Below, piece after piece: positions 53,635 to 63,603 of a stretch of 64,000 nt of DNA. The notes beneath the pieces are model-generated. The model did no database searches and was not told where the DNA came from. It saw only the letters and a list, made by a program, of their open reading frames with translations. Made by a program: the position numbers and the translations under genes. The first letter of the stretch is position 1; each line of letters starts with the position of its first letter. Source of the stretch: a virus; IMG/VR virus record IMGVR_UViG_3300042013_000056, positions 118,860 to 182,859 of that record. One strand, given 5' to 3'.

Positions 53635-55611
53635 ATGACTCTGCTGTCTCCGGGTATTGAGATCAAGGAAATTGATCTTAGCACTACCATTGCGAACGCA
53701 TCTACAGGCCGTGCGGCCACTGTAGGTAAAGCGCAATGGGGGCCAGCGTTCCAAATTGCACAAATCGTTGATGAAACAGATTTGGTGCGTAGATTTGGTG
53801 CGCCAAATGATTACACAGCGGCTTCGTTCTTCTCTGCGGCCAACTTCTTGAAATACGGTAACGATCTTCGTTTTGTTCGTATTGTTGATAGAACTGTTGC
53901 AAAGAACGCAAGCCCGCTATACAACGCCGTAATTGCAAATATCACCGCTGGTGGTACTGGTTATGTTGTTGGTGAAAGTTACGATGTAAAAATCGGAACT
54001 ACTGTTATTTCTACTGCGGTAGTTAATAAAGTCTCCGCGACTGGTGTATTGGAACGACTTCAAGTTGCATCCGCTGGCATTCTTGCTGCGATTGCTGCTG
54101 GTCTAACCACATCTGCACTTGGCGGTGTAACACTAGCTCTTACTGGTCATGCTGGTACTGGTGCTACTGCAACACTTGCTCTGAAAACAGAATCTGGTGT
54201 GTTCATGGCAAGCGACGATGAATTGCATTCGGCTTTCACAGTTGAATTCATCGAATCAATGACCAAAGCATCGATTCCAACCATCATTGCAAAATATGCT
54301 GGTGAATACGGTAACAACATTCAAGTCGATATTATCAACTATGTGGATTTCATCGCACGTACTGGTAACATTGATGTTTACCCAACTGGTGGCACTCGTT
54401 CTGCGAAGTCGATTGCTCAATTGTTCGAATACGGCCCACAAAACACAGACCAATTCGGTATTGTTGTAAGCATTGGTGGTGTTGCATTGGAAACCTTCGT
54501 TGTTTCGACATTGGAAGGCGATAAAGACATCTTCGGTTCTAACATCTATCTGGATGAGTTCTTTGAGAAAGGCCCAAGTCAATACATTACCGCAACTTCT
54601 GATTCGTGGATCGGCGTAACCGCTGGTGATTCGATTTCGTTGGCATTCGGTGGTGGTCTAGATTCTGGTGCCGGTGCTGATGAATACTTGCTAGGTTGGG
54701 ATGAGTTTGCTGACAAAGAAAACATCTACGTGAACTTGCTGATCGGCGGTGCTGCTTCTGATGAACCAACTCCGGTTGCTTCTACAGTTCTAAAATACGT
54801 CGTGCAAGACATTGCGGCAACCCGTGCAGATTGTGTTGCGTTCGTTAGCCCGCCTAAAGGCGTTGTGGTTAACCTGAAAACTCCTGACGCAATCGATTCG
54901 ATTGTCAACTGGCGTAACGGTGTTGACTCGGCTGGTAGCCCTGTTGAAGATAACTTGAACGTTAACACTTCGTTCGGTTTCATCGACGGTAACTACAAGT
55001 TCCAATACGACAAATACAACGACAAAAACCGTTGGATTCCGTTGTCTGCTGATATCGCTGGCCTGTGTGCATACACCGACCAAGTGGCACAGGCATGGTA
55101 CTCGCCGGGTGGTTTGAACCGTGGTCAGATCAAGGGTGTTGTTAAACTCGCGATTGCACCGAAACAAGCACACCGTGACCGTCTGTATGAAGCCCAAGTA
55201 AACCCAGTAGTTAGTTTTGCTGGTCAAGGTTTCTTCCTGTACGGCGACAAAACCGCAACAAGCAAGCCTTCTGCATTCAGCCGCATTAACGTGCGTCGTC
55301 TGTTCAACTTGCTGGAAAAAGCAATCTCGGATGCTGCGAAATACCGTTTGTTCGAATTGAACGATGAGTTTACACGTAACTCGTTCAGAACAGAAGTTAA
55401 CGCATATCTTGAAGGTATCAGAGCGCAACGCGGTGTTTACGAATACTACGTTGAATGTTCCGAACGCAACAACACAGGGCAAGTAATTGATGCCAACGAG
55501 TTCCGTGCAGCGATCATGATCAAGCCAGCCCGTTCCATCAACTTCATCACTCTGAGCTTCGTTGCTACCAGAACAGATGCAAACTTCGAAGAACTGCTAG
55601 GTTCGTTCTAA
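53635..55611 (+). CDS. gp18: Tail sheath protein
   Basis: MTLLSPGIEIKE...; WYSPGGLNRG; RINVRRLF. Late promoter at 53566. Confidence 0.97.
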   Translation: MTLLSPGIEIKEIDLSTTIANASTGRAATVGKAQWGPAFQIAQIVDETDLVRRFGAPNDYTAASFFSAANFLKYGNDLRFVRIVDRTVAKNASPLYNAVIANITAGGTGYVVGESYDVKIGTTVISTAVVNKVSATGVLERLQVASAGILAAIAAGLTTSALGGVTLALTGHAGTGATATLALKTESGVFMASDDELHSAFTVEFIESMTKASIPTIIAKYAGEYGNNIQVDIINYVDFIARTGNIDVYPTGGTRSAKSIAQLFEYGPQNTDQFGIVVSIGGVALETFVVSTLEGDKDIFGSNIYLDEFFEKGPSQYITATSDSWIGVTAGDSISLAFGGGLDSGAGADEYLLGWDEFADKENIYVNLLIGGAASDEPTPVASTVLKYVVQDIAATRADCVAFVSPPKGVVVNLKTPDAIDSIVNWRNGVDSAGSPVEDNLNVNTSFGFIDGNYKFQYDKYNDKNRWIPLSADIAGLCAYTDQVAQAWYSPGGLNRGQIKGVVKLAIAPKQAHRDRLYEAQVNPVVSFAGQGFFLYGDKTATSKPSAFSRINVRRLFNLLEKAISDAAKYRLFELNDEFTRNSFRTEVNAYLEGIRAQRGVYEYYVECSERNNTGQVIDANEFRAAIMIKPARSINFITLSFVATRTDANFEELLGSF

Positions 55612-55663
55612 TCCGCAATAGGGGTCGAAAGACCCCTTCTAAATACACAGAGGAAATGATCCA

Positions 55664-56164
55664 ATGGCTCTAGAGCTTAACATTGGTGCAATTATCGGTG
55701 ATGCCGCCCGCGCAAACTTGTTCGAGGTTGAAATCCCATTCCTAGGCCGTGATTTTCGATTCAAATGTAAATCCGCTTCTTTGCCAGCCTCTACGGTTGA
55801 GAAAGTGCCGGTAAGTTACCAGAACCGTAAGATCAATCTAGGTGGTGATAGAGAGTTTGAAGACTGGGTTGTCTCGGTATACAACGACACCAATCACACC
55901 GTCCGTGACCAGTTCTTGAGTTGGTCCCGCATGGTTCATCAACAAGACCGTAACATTTACGGTGACGCACCAGAAGACTACAAAAAAGATGGATATGTTC
56001 GTCAGTTTGACCGTAAGGGTAATCAAACTGTTCAGTACCTATTGAAAGGCATTTGGCCAACTAACGTTGGTGAAGTTGCACTGGACTGGGATACTAACAA
56101 CGAAGTTGAAGTTTTTGAAGTGACTCTCGCTATTGACTGGTGGGAACCGTCTTCCGCAATTTAA
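55664..56164 (+). CDS. gp19: Tail tube protein
   Basis: ARANLFEV...ASLPAS...GGDREFEDW...WPTNVGEVALDWD. Confidence 0.95.
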   Translation: MALELNIGAIIGDAARANLFEVEIPFLGRDFRFKCKSASLPASTVEKVPVSYQNRKINLGGDREFEDWVVSVYNDTNHTVRDQFLSWSRMVHQQDRNIYGDAPEDYKKDGYVRQFDRKGNQTVQYLLKGIWPTNVGEVALDWDTNNEVEVFEVTLAIDWWEPSSAI

Positions 56165-56213
56165 TCCAATCATTGGGGTCACATGACCCCTTTGGTTTAA
56201 ATGGGAACATATA

Positions 56214-57833
56214 ATGGCAGGTTTGAGAGACGCTTGGAACAAAATCTTCGGAAATGATGAAGAATTCGTTCCTACTATTGCTGCACCAGAAAACACAGAC
56301 GGTGCTATTGAGCATGAAGTATTAGATGCTGGTAACCTGAACAACATTTGGCGGTCGTATGGTCTGAACCTAGACCCAGAATACAAGTCCTTACCAGATT
56401 TGATCAACATGTACCGTGAAATCGCTGGACATCACGAAGTTGCATCGGGCGTTACAGACATTTGCGATCAAGCAATTGTTATGGAAGATGACCCAATTCT
56501 ATTGAATCTGCAAAAGACTAAATTCAGTCCTGCAATTCAAACCAAAATTCAAGCGGAATTTGAAGGGGTCGTGAACCTCCTTGAATATCGTGAAAAAGGC
56601 TACGAATACTTCCGTCAGTGGTACATCGACGGTCGTAAAATCTTCTTCAAGGTTGTCGATCCAAAGAAACCACAAGAAGGTATCAAAGAACTGCGTGCGC
56701 TTGACCCACGATATGTGATCAAGGTTCGTGAAGTTCAGAAACAAACAATTGATGGTGAAGATATTGTAACTGGTTACAAAGACTTCTTCGTCTATCGTCC
56801 GGCTGATAAAAAGGATGGTGCGTTCATTGGTTACGGTGTGAAGAAAGATTTTGTTCTTCCGGTCGATTCCGTTGTCTATGCCCACTCTGGTTTGCTTGAT
56901 TGCGCTGGTAAGCACATTATCTCTTACCTGCACCAAGCTATCAAACCGGCGAACATGATCAAAATGCTGGAAGACGCTGCACTCATTTACATGATTGTAC
57001 GTGCCCCAGAACGCCGTGTGTTTTATATCGACACCGGTAACTTGCCGAAGACCAAAGCAGAATCCTATGTACGTGGGATCATGAACGGCTTCAAGAACAA
57101 GATGACGTTTGATGCAACTACCGGCAAGGTAAAGAACGGATACAACACGCAAAGCATGCTGGAAGACTTCTGGTTGCCCCGTAGAGAAGGTTCTAAGGGT
57201 ACAGAGATTACTACCCTACCGGGTGGACAGAACATGGACGCTACAGACCTGCTGAACTACTACAAGCAGAACCTGTACGATGCGTTGCAAGTGCCTAAGT
57301 CCCGAGCTGATTCGGGTGCCATGATCGATTTCGGTCAAGGTGGTACAGAAATTACAAGAGACGAATTGAAGTTTGATAAGTTTGTTCACAGACTGCAATC
57401 TAGATTCGCAACGATCTTCTTGGAACCATTGAAAACGAACTTGATTCTTAAACGAATCATCACCGAAGAAGAATGGGACGAAAACAAGAACTCAATCATT
57501 GTTGACTTCGCACTAGACTCTTACTTTGCAGAACGTAAGAAAGCCGAAATGCTGCAACTGCGTTTGAGCAACTACACCCAAGTAGAACCAATTATCGGAG
57601 TTCACGTTTCGTATAAATGGGCAGCTTTGGAAGTGTTGAAACTTACCCAAGAAGTTATCGACGAAGAACGCAAGACAATTTTGGAAGAACAGAAAGACCC
57701 GATTTACCAACTTGCTGCACAACGAGCTGCACAGCAGAACGGCGCAATGGAACCGGACCCGTCTTTTAACGATCCTGAATTCGGTGGCGGTGGTCCACCA
57801 ACACCAGCACCAAATCAACAACCAAATCTATAA
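56214..57833 (+). CDS. gp20: Portal protein
   Basis: ISYLHQAIKPAN...RAPERRVFYIDTGNLPK...EDFWLPRREG. Confidence 0.97.
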   Translation: MAGLRDAWNKIFGNDEEFVPTIAAPENTDGAIEHEVLDAGNLNNIWRSYGLNLDPEYKSLPDLINMYREIAGHHEVASGVTDICDQAIVMEDDPILLNLQKTKFSPAIQTKIQAEFEGVVNLLEYREKGYEYFRQWYIDGRKIFFKVVDPKKPQEGIKELRALDPRYVIKVREVQKQTIDGEDIVTGYKDFFVYRPADKKDGAFIGYGVKKDFVLPVDSVVYAHSGLLDCAGKHIISYLHQAIKPANMIKMLEDAALIYMIVRAPERRVFYIDTGNLPKTKAESYVRGIMNGFKNKMTFDATTGKVKNGYNTQSMLEDFWLPRREGSKGTEITTLPGGQNMDATDLLNYYKQNLYDALQVPKSRADSGAMIDFGQGGTEITRDELKFDKFVHRLQSRFATIFLEPLKTNLILKRIITEEEWDENKNSIIVDFALDSYFAERKKAEMLQLRLSNYTQVEPIIGVHVSYKWAALEVLKLTQEVIDEERKTILEEQKDPIYQLAAQRAAQQNGAMEPDPSFNDPEFGGGGPPTPAPNQQPNL

Positions 57834-57843
57834 GGGTAACAAG

Positions 57844-58350
57844 ATGAGCGAGATTCTAACCGCTGCTCTTACCCAGAACCCAATCGATTTCAAGGCTAAG
57901 TTTGACGAAGCCTTGAAAGCGGCGGTACTGGCTAAGGCTGCGCAAGTTCAAGTTGCTTTGACAGAAGCTTTCGGTAAGAAAGACGATGAAAAAGATGACG
58001 ATGAAAAAGACGACGAAAAAGAAAAGTCTGATAAGTCCAAAGATGACGATGAGTCTGATGAAAAAGATGATTCCGATGACAAGGATGACAAAGACGGAAA
58101 AAAGTCTGAACTGACCGAACGTACACTGTCGTTTGAAGTAGGTAACCCTTCTTCTGCGTCAAAACAGCTTCGTAGCAAGGGTGTTGCAGCCGCTTCGGAA
58201 CCGGGTGACGGTAAGGTCGTTAAAGTCAAAGTTGCAACGCCTGACGATGGCCGTAAGGTTGCCGCATGGCTTGCCGATCAGGGCTGGTCTGATAAAGACA
58301 TCAAGCAAAAATACCCTGAACTTTCACGCCTAGCCAAACAAAAGGCTTGA
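57844..58350 (+). CDS. gp67: Prohead core protein (gp67-like) with acidic tract and C-terminal extension
   Basis: Start trimmed to ATG 57844; position after portal; D/E/K-rich. Confidence 0.6.
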   Translation: MSEILTAALTQNPIDFKAKFDEALKAAVLAKAAQVQVALTEAFGKKDDEKDDDEKDDEKEKSDKSKDDDESDEKDDSDDKDDKDGKKSELTERTLSFEVGNPSSASKQLRSKGVAAASEPGDGKVVKVKVATPDDGRKVAAWLADQGWSDKDIKQKYPELSRLAKQKA

Positions 58351-58766
58351 TCATGATTTCAATGAGTCTGAATGACTTATTGGGAACTGTGTCGGAATCT
58401 AGCGAATACTCATACCAACTGACCCAAGATGAACTTAATTGGGTTCTTGGTCAGTTGGATATGCAGGTAAAACCAAATGGTGACGTTTCAGACAACGACG
58501 ATCAAGAAGACAACCCGGTTTTGGGTAAGTATTCGGATGGTACGTTGACTACAAGTGTGAAGATTCAAGATTTTGTGGATATCAAACTCTACAGAAGCCT
58601 TAAAGAGTCGCATATCAAGAAAAACGGAACATTAGACTTTCGCAGATTGATTGGCAAAGCGACCAAGAAGTATCAAGCATTGCTTGCGGCGCAAGGAACT
58701 TACGGTAGCCCGGTAGCGGGTGATGTTGCTGGTTCACCAACACAACCTGATAGTTCGTCAAATTAA
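58347..58766 (+). CDS. Probable prohead core protein (gp68 position)
   Basis: Synteny between gp67 and gp21 only. Confidence 0.5.
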   Translation: MIMISMSLNDLLGTVSESSEYSYQLTQDELNWVLGQLDMQVKPNGDVSDNDDQEDNPVLGKYSDGTLTTSVKIQDFVDIKLYRSLKESHIKKNGTLDFRRLIGKATKKYQALLAAQGTYGSPVAGDVAGSPTQPDSSSN

Positions 58767-58795
58767 GCGGTATAAATACTATCAGAGAGGTTAAC

Positions 58796-59599
58796 ATGAC
58801 TGATTTTACCTTGTTCACCGAGGATCAGGAATCGCCGGAATATCTTTTCACAGAAGTTGAAGACTTCAAAGTTGAAATGATTACCGAAGTTTCCAAAAGC
58901 GGTGATAAAAATTTGTATGTTGAAGGTATTGCGATGCAAGCCGAGACATTGAACGGAAACGGTAGAGTATACCCGACCCGCGTAATGACCGAAGCTGTGG
59001 ATCAATATACAAGCAACTACGTTTCAAAGAACCAAGCTTTAGGTGAGTGTGACCACCCACCACGACCAAACGTGCTACTTGCAGAAGCTAGCCATTTGAT
59101 CCAAAAGATTTGGACCGAAGGAAACAACATCTGTGCCCGTGCCATCGTTTTGAACAGCCACAAGGGTCAACAAGTCCGCGCATTGATCGAGGGCGGTTGG
59201 ACTCCGACTGTTTCAACCCGTGGTCTTGGTAAAGCGATTCAAATTAATGAATCCAAATCCAAGTACGGACGCAGCTACACAGAAATTACCAAATTCCAGC
59301 TAACTGCCGGATTTGACTTTGTGCATAACCAATCCGCTCCCGGTGCTGTAATGGCTGGTGTATATGAATCCATTGGACATCAATACATTCCGGTTTCACA
59401 GAAAGAATCGGTTGATTGGAATAAGGTTGCATTTCGTTTGAAGCAACTGGTCGGAGTTTCAGAATCTTTGGTTCTGGAAAATACCAACCCTGCCGAAAGC
59501 GGCCTGAAACTTACCGTCGTAGGAAGTGTACTGGTTATTGAAGCCAACACCCACGAATGGAAAGTTCCATTGAAAGAACTGAAAAAATATCTAGGTTAA
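58796..59599 (+). CDS. gp21: Prohead protease
   Basis: NGNGRVYP, ALGECDHP, VSTRGLG, FDFVHNQSAPGA. TATAAATA at 58771. Confidence 0.93.
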   Translation: MTDFTLFTEDQESPEYLFTEVEDFKVEMITEVSKSGDKNLYVEGIAMQAETLNGNGRVYPTRVMTEAVDQYTSNYVSKNQALGECDHPPRPNVLLAEASHLIQKIWTEGNNICARAIVLNSHKGQQVRALIEGGWTPTVSTRGLGKAIQINESKSKYGRSYTEITKFQLTAGFDFVHNQSAPGAVMAGVYESIGHQYIPVSQKESVDWNKVAFRLKQLVGVSESLVLENTNPAESGLKLTVVGSVLVIEANTHEWKVPLKELKKYLG

Positions 59600-59655
59600 A
59601 GCTGGAACGCCAGCACAATTGATATAAATACATCAAACAATCTTGGAGGTCTTTA

Positions 59656-60465
59656 ATGACTGGTACTACAAAAGTTCAGCTAGACGCCACAGAAGTGAAG
59701 GCGTTGTTTGAACAAGTTGGCGCTCCCGCTGATGCTATTGACAGCTTTGTCGAAATTTTCGAATCTGCTGTTGCAACTAACACCGCTGCACAAGTAGAAA
59801 TCGCTCTGGCTGAAAAAGTTTCCGAACTTGAAGCTAAAGCAGAAGCTCATATCACTTTCTTGAATGAAAAATCGGAAGAACATAAAACTCTGATTGAACA
59901 AGAAGCTGATGCTAAGCTGACCGCCTACATGGAACACTTCGCGGCTGAGTTCGTGGAAGATAACAAACCAGTTATCGAATCGAATATCAAATCCACCATG
60001 TTTACTTCCCTGATGGAAGGTATGCAGAAACTGTTTGTTGAACACAACCTTGCGTTGTCCGACGAACAAACTGATGTACTTGCTGTTACCGAATCTAAAT
60101 TGGTTGAAACCCAAACTGCATTGTCTGATGTTCAATCGCAAGTAATTGCCCTGACTCAAACAATCAATGAAGGTAAGCGTGTAGAAATCATCGACACCGC
60201 TGTTGCCAAACTTACCGAATCGCAAGCTGAAAAAGTTCGTGAACTAGTTTCCGATATTGCATTTTCTGATTTGTTCGAAGCGAAAGTTCAACGTGTTGTA
60301 GAAGCATTCTCGAATGTTCCGGTTGTTAAACCATCTGAAACTACCGACGTAGTAACAGAAGTGACCAATCCTGATGCGCTAAATACACCAGAAGCTAAGC
60401 AAGTTTCCCCAGCAATGGACTTGTATATCAAGGCCGCTGGTTCTCAAGCTAAAAAATTCCGTTAA
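59656..60465 (+). CDS. gp22: Prohead scaffold protein
   Basis: IFESAV...LTESQAEKV; position before gp23. TATAAATA at 59623. Confidence 0.9.
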   Translation: MTGTTKVQLDATEVKALFEQVGAPADAIDSFVEIFESAVATNTAAQVEIALAEKVSELEAKAEAHITFLNEKSEEHKTLIEQEADAKLTAYMEHFAAEFVEDNKPVIESNIKSTMFTSLMEGMQKLFVEHNLALSDEQTDVLAVTESKLVETQTALSDVQSQVIALTQTINEGKRVEIIDTAVAKLTESQAEKVRELVSDIAFSDLFEAKVQRVVEAFSNVPVVKPSETTDVVTEVTNPDALNTPEAKQVSPAMDLYIKAAGSQAKKFR

Positions 60466-60580
60466 TTCCGAATTATTTTCGCTAATTTGAAAAATAATTA
60501 GCGAAAATGCTCAATTTTCGAAACTAACAACACTAAATACATATATCTAAACTTTTAAACTTTTCCATCTGGAGAAAAAG

Positions 60581-62089
60581 ATGACTGTTCTATCTGAAAA
60601 ATGGCAAGCGCTTTTGGAAGCCGAAGACCTGCCTGCGATTGCTACCACAAAACGTGGTGATATCGTTGCACAAATTCTGGAAAACCAAGAACGTGACCTG
60701 ATCACCGAAGGCCACTTGACCGAAGCCCAAATTCAGGGTGACTATACAGGCGGTGCAACTGGTGTTGCTGCTGGTACAACTTCTGGCGGTATCGTCGGTG
60801 TTGCTCCAACCGTTATGGGTCTTGTCCGTCGTATCGTTCCACAACTGATGGCTTTTGACACCGTTGGTGTTCAGCCTCTGACCGGTCCTTCTGGTCAAGT
60901 GTTCTACCTTCGTTCCGTTTACGGTTCTGATCCTCGCGCTGCTGGCTTCACCGAAGCTTTCGCACCGGGTAAAGCTCCGCAAGTAGGTTGGTCTGGTAGC
61001 CTTGGTGGTACTGGTATCGGTGCATTGCAAATCCCTAACGCTGTAGCTTATGTTGCTGCTGCTGTTATTGCTCCAAACGACTTCGTGAAGTTTACCGGTG
61101 CAAACAACTCTACCGAATACATGCAATACGTTGGTGTAGCTAACCGTACCGTTGGTGCTGATGCTGCTGTTGACTTTACTGCTGCTGTTACTGCAAACCT
61201 GTTGATTCCAGTTGGTGAAGGTCTGTTGACTTCCATTGCTGAAACCATGGAAAACTTCAACGGTACTTCGGGTAACCCATACGCTGAAATGTCGTTCCGT
61301 ATCGACAAACAAACTGTTACTGCAAAATCTCGTCAACTGAAAGCCCAATACTCGTTGGAACTTGCACAAGACTTGCGCGCTGTACACGGTCTGGATGCTG
61401 ATAGCGAACTGAGCAACATTCTGGCTACAGAAATTCTGGTTGAAATCAACCGTGAAACCGTTAACACCGTTCTGACTCAAGCTCAAACTGGTGCTGCTGG
61501 TCAAACTGCTGGTACAACTGTTCCGGGCGTGTTCAACTTGGCCGACGCTAACGACGTTAAAAACGCTCGTTGGGCTGGTGAAGCTTACAAAGCTCTGATG
61601 ATTCAAATCGAAAAAGAAGCAAACGAAATCGGTCGTCAAACCGGTCGCGGCAACGGTAACTTCATTATCGCTTCCCGTAACGTTGTTTCTGCTCTGGCAA
61701 TGACCGATGCGTTGGTTAGCTGGGGTCAACAAGGTCTGCAAAATGGCAGCCTGAACACTGATACAAATAACTCTGTATTCGCTGGTGTTCTGGGTGGTCG
61801 TTTCAAAGTGTACATTGACCAATACTCGCAATTCGATTACTTCGTAGTTGGATACAAAGGTGCTAACGAAATGGACGCTGGTGTTTACTACAGCCCATAC
61901 GTTCCGTTGACCACCCTGCGCGGCCAAAACCCTGCGAACATGCAGCCTGTAATGGCAATGAAAACTCGTTACGCGATGAGCGTTAACCCGTTTGCTCTGC
62001 CACAAGAAGCACAAATCATCGACGGTTCGCCTCTGCGCACCATCGGTAAAAACCCTTACTACCGTCGTGTACTGGTTAAAGGTCTGTAA
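60581..62089 (+). CDS. gp23: Major capsid protein
   Basis: VGVQPLTGPSGQVF, KSRQLKAQYSLELAQDLRAVHGLDA, YYSPYVPL. CTAAATA at 60533. Confidence 0.98.
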   Translation: MTVLSEKWQALLEAEDLPAIATTKRGDIVAQILENQERDLITEGHLTEAQIQGDYTGGATGVAAGTTSGGIVGVAPTVMGLVRRIVPQLMAFDTVGVQPLTGPSGQVFYLRSVYGSDPRAAGFTEAFAPGKAPQVGWSGSLGGTGIGALQIPNAVAYVAAAVIAPNDFVKFTGANNSTEYMQYVGVANRTVGADAAVDFTAAVTANLLIPVGEGLLTSIAETMENFNGTSGNPYAEMSFRIDKQTVTAKSRQLKAQYSLELAQDLRAVHGLDADSELSNILATEILVEINRETVNTVLTQAQTGAAGQTAGTTVPGVFNLADANDVKNARWAGEAYKALMIQIEKEANEIGRQTGRGNGNFIIASRNVVSALAMTDALVSWGQQGLQNGSLNTDTNNSVFAGVLGGRFKVYIDQYSQFDYFVVGYKGANEMDAGVYYSPYVPLTTLRGQNPANMQPVMAMKTRYAMSVNPFALPQEAQIIDGSPLRTIGKNPYYRRVLVKGL

Positions 62090-62120
62090 TAGACTTTTAC
62101 CCAGAGGGTTGAAACAAATC

Positions 62121-62150
62121 AAAGGGAATCCAGCAATGGGTTCCCTTTTT
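62121..62150 (+). terminator. Intrinsic terminator after gp23
   Basis: AAAGGGAATCC...GGGTTCCCTTTTT. Confidence 0.8.
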
Positions 62151-62605
62151 TGTTGCCTAAAATTTTTGAATGGGATAGAATGGGTCATCTTAAATCGAAG
62201 GTGGTTGAAATGAAACGACATCTATTCCCTTTAAAACTCCATGGAATTGTACATCGACTGATCGATTCTGATGCGATCAAACGCCGACTGCCCCCACCTG
62301 ACATTACTAAATCCCCTGACGATGGTAAACTGCGGTATATGTTGTTTTCGTCAGAACTGAATGCCAGCCTTCCAGAGATTGAAGGTTATCCGAATCATCA
62401 GCTTCGCAAGCGAATTGCGATCCCCAAAGACTACACCTTTATTGCAGGGATCGAGGATGTGATGTTCGAGATTTACGATATCAAAGGTGATTTGATCTAT
62501 TCAGAGCCGGTTGTGCGGGTGTCTGGTTATATGTCTGCTGCGATTGAAGTTGAATTGCTTCTGTTGCTTCTGGAAGTTCAGGGCGTCAAAATCGACACAA
62601 TGTAA
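62150..62605 (+). CDS. Hypothetical protein (start uncertain)
   Basis: Up to 151 aa, ending before a bidirectional terminator. Confidence 0.55.
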   Translation: MLPKIFEWDRMGHLKSKVVEMKRHLFPLKLHGIVHRLIDSDAIKRRLPPPDITKSPDDGKLRYMLFSSELNASLPEIEGYPNHQLRKRIAIPKDYTFIAGIEDVMFEIYDIKGDLIYSEPVVRVSGYMSAAIEVELLLLLLEVQGVKIDTM

Positions 62606-62618
62606 AAATCCAGACAAT

Positions 62619-62645
62619 AAAAAAGGGACCATTTGGTCCCTTTTT
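62619..62645. terminator. Bidirectional terminator
   Basis: AAAAAAGGGACC-ATTT-GGTCCCTTTTT between convergent genes. Confidence 0.8.
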
Positions 62646-62648
62646 GTT

Positions 62649-62909
62649 TTATGCAGTCTGCCAGTCATCGGCAAGGATATCTGTCTGGGAGGCGAGCCAC
62701 GGCACGCATTTCCCATCAGCGGTACGCATATCAATATGCGGTGAATAATCAATCTCTGTGCCTTCTGGGAAGATTCCCAGCAATGGCGCACGACTTACGG
62801 TAAATTTGGAACCTGCAACCAAGTACAGGAACATTCCTTTACCATTCCATCCGGCACGCTGTACCAGACCACCAGCTTTCAATGTTTCGAGTGCTTGTCC
62901 AAAATTCAT
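62649..62909 (-). CDS. DUF2829 protein (Tad2-like anti-Thoeris sponge family)
   Basis: Start trimmed to ATG 62909; MNFGQAL...RAGWNGKGMF...VPWLASQTDILADDW. Confidence 0.85.
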   Translation of the reverse strand: MNFGQALETLKAGGLVQRAGWNGKGMFLYLVAGSKFTVSRAPLLGIFPEGTEIDYSPHIDMRTADGKCVPWLASQTDILADDWQTA

Positions 62910-63553
62910 TAGACAACATCCGCAAATCTGGAACTGGATTGGCAACGAACTTTTACAGTACCGTTGATGTTTTGCCAATGTAGAACGGATTTCAGACCAG
63001 CTTTGATATGTGCCGGTTGATCATCGATCAAATCTTGCCAGCCTTCGACCTGAACCAACTGAAACACATCTTTCGGGCATGGGATATGACCCTTACGTTC
63101 ATCACCTACCATTGTTGGTACAAGGATTGGTGTGAAGGCGTCTTCATCGAACTTGACATTGAATTTGGTTTCAAGCGATTCGTCTACCGGTTCATCGGTC
63201 AATGTAACCCCGAACAGTTCCGCCAATTCTTCGCGTGTTGCACCTTCTGGCAATTCGGTAACTTCTGTACCACTGGTGCCTTGCACTTCGCCACTGAATG
63301 TCTCAACAAGCTCGCCAGATTCGATTACAGGGGTTTCCGGGGTTGTGTTGGTAACGTCGCCTAGGTCTTCGCCGTCAGCGTCAACAGAGAGCGTTACAGG
63401 AGCTTTGGAAACAGGCTCTAGATCGGTAACGACCTTTTCACCATCGATTACTTCGACTTTCGCCAGTTCTTGGGTTTTTGCTGCTTCGGTGGCTGCAATT
63501 GCGGCCAATTCTGCGTTGGACTTACGACCGGGTTTTTTGACTTGGGTAGTCAT
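62909..63553 (-). CDS. inh: Inhibitor of prohead protease (Inh-like)
   Basis: Acidic; C-terminal KSVLHWQNING.VKVR; divergent from uvsW; late promoter TATAAATA at 63591-63598. Confidence 0.65.
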   Translation of the reverse strand: MTTQVKKPGRKSNAELAAIAATEAAKTQELAKVEVIDGEKVVTDLEPVSKAPVTLSVDADGEDLGDVTNTTPETPVIESGELVETFSGEVQGTSGTEVTELPEGATREELAELFGVTLTDEPVDESLETKFNVKFDEDAFTPILVPTMVGDERKGHIPCPKDVFQLVQVEGWQDLIDDQPAHIKAGLKSVLHWQNINGTVKVRCQSSSRFADVV

Positions 63554-63603
63554 TTTTCACTCCATAAATAGATAATAATCATTACTTGAATATTTATACC
63601 ACT

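Noticed and set aside
57975-58100. GAT/GAC/GAA/AAA-rich low-complexity repeat
   Set aside because: It is the acidic D/E/K tract of the prohead core protein, normal for this family.
60590-62221. 543-aa antisense ORF; likewise 19076-20248, 54790-55482 and other opposite-strand ORFs
   Set aside because: Shadows of real genes with strong codon bias; no RBS, promoter or motifs.
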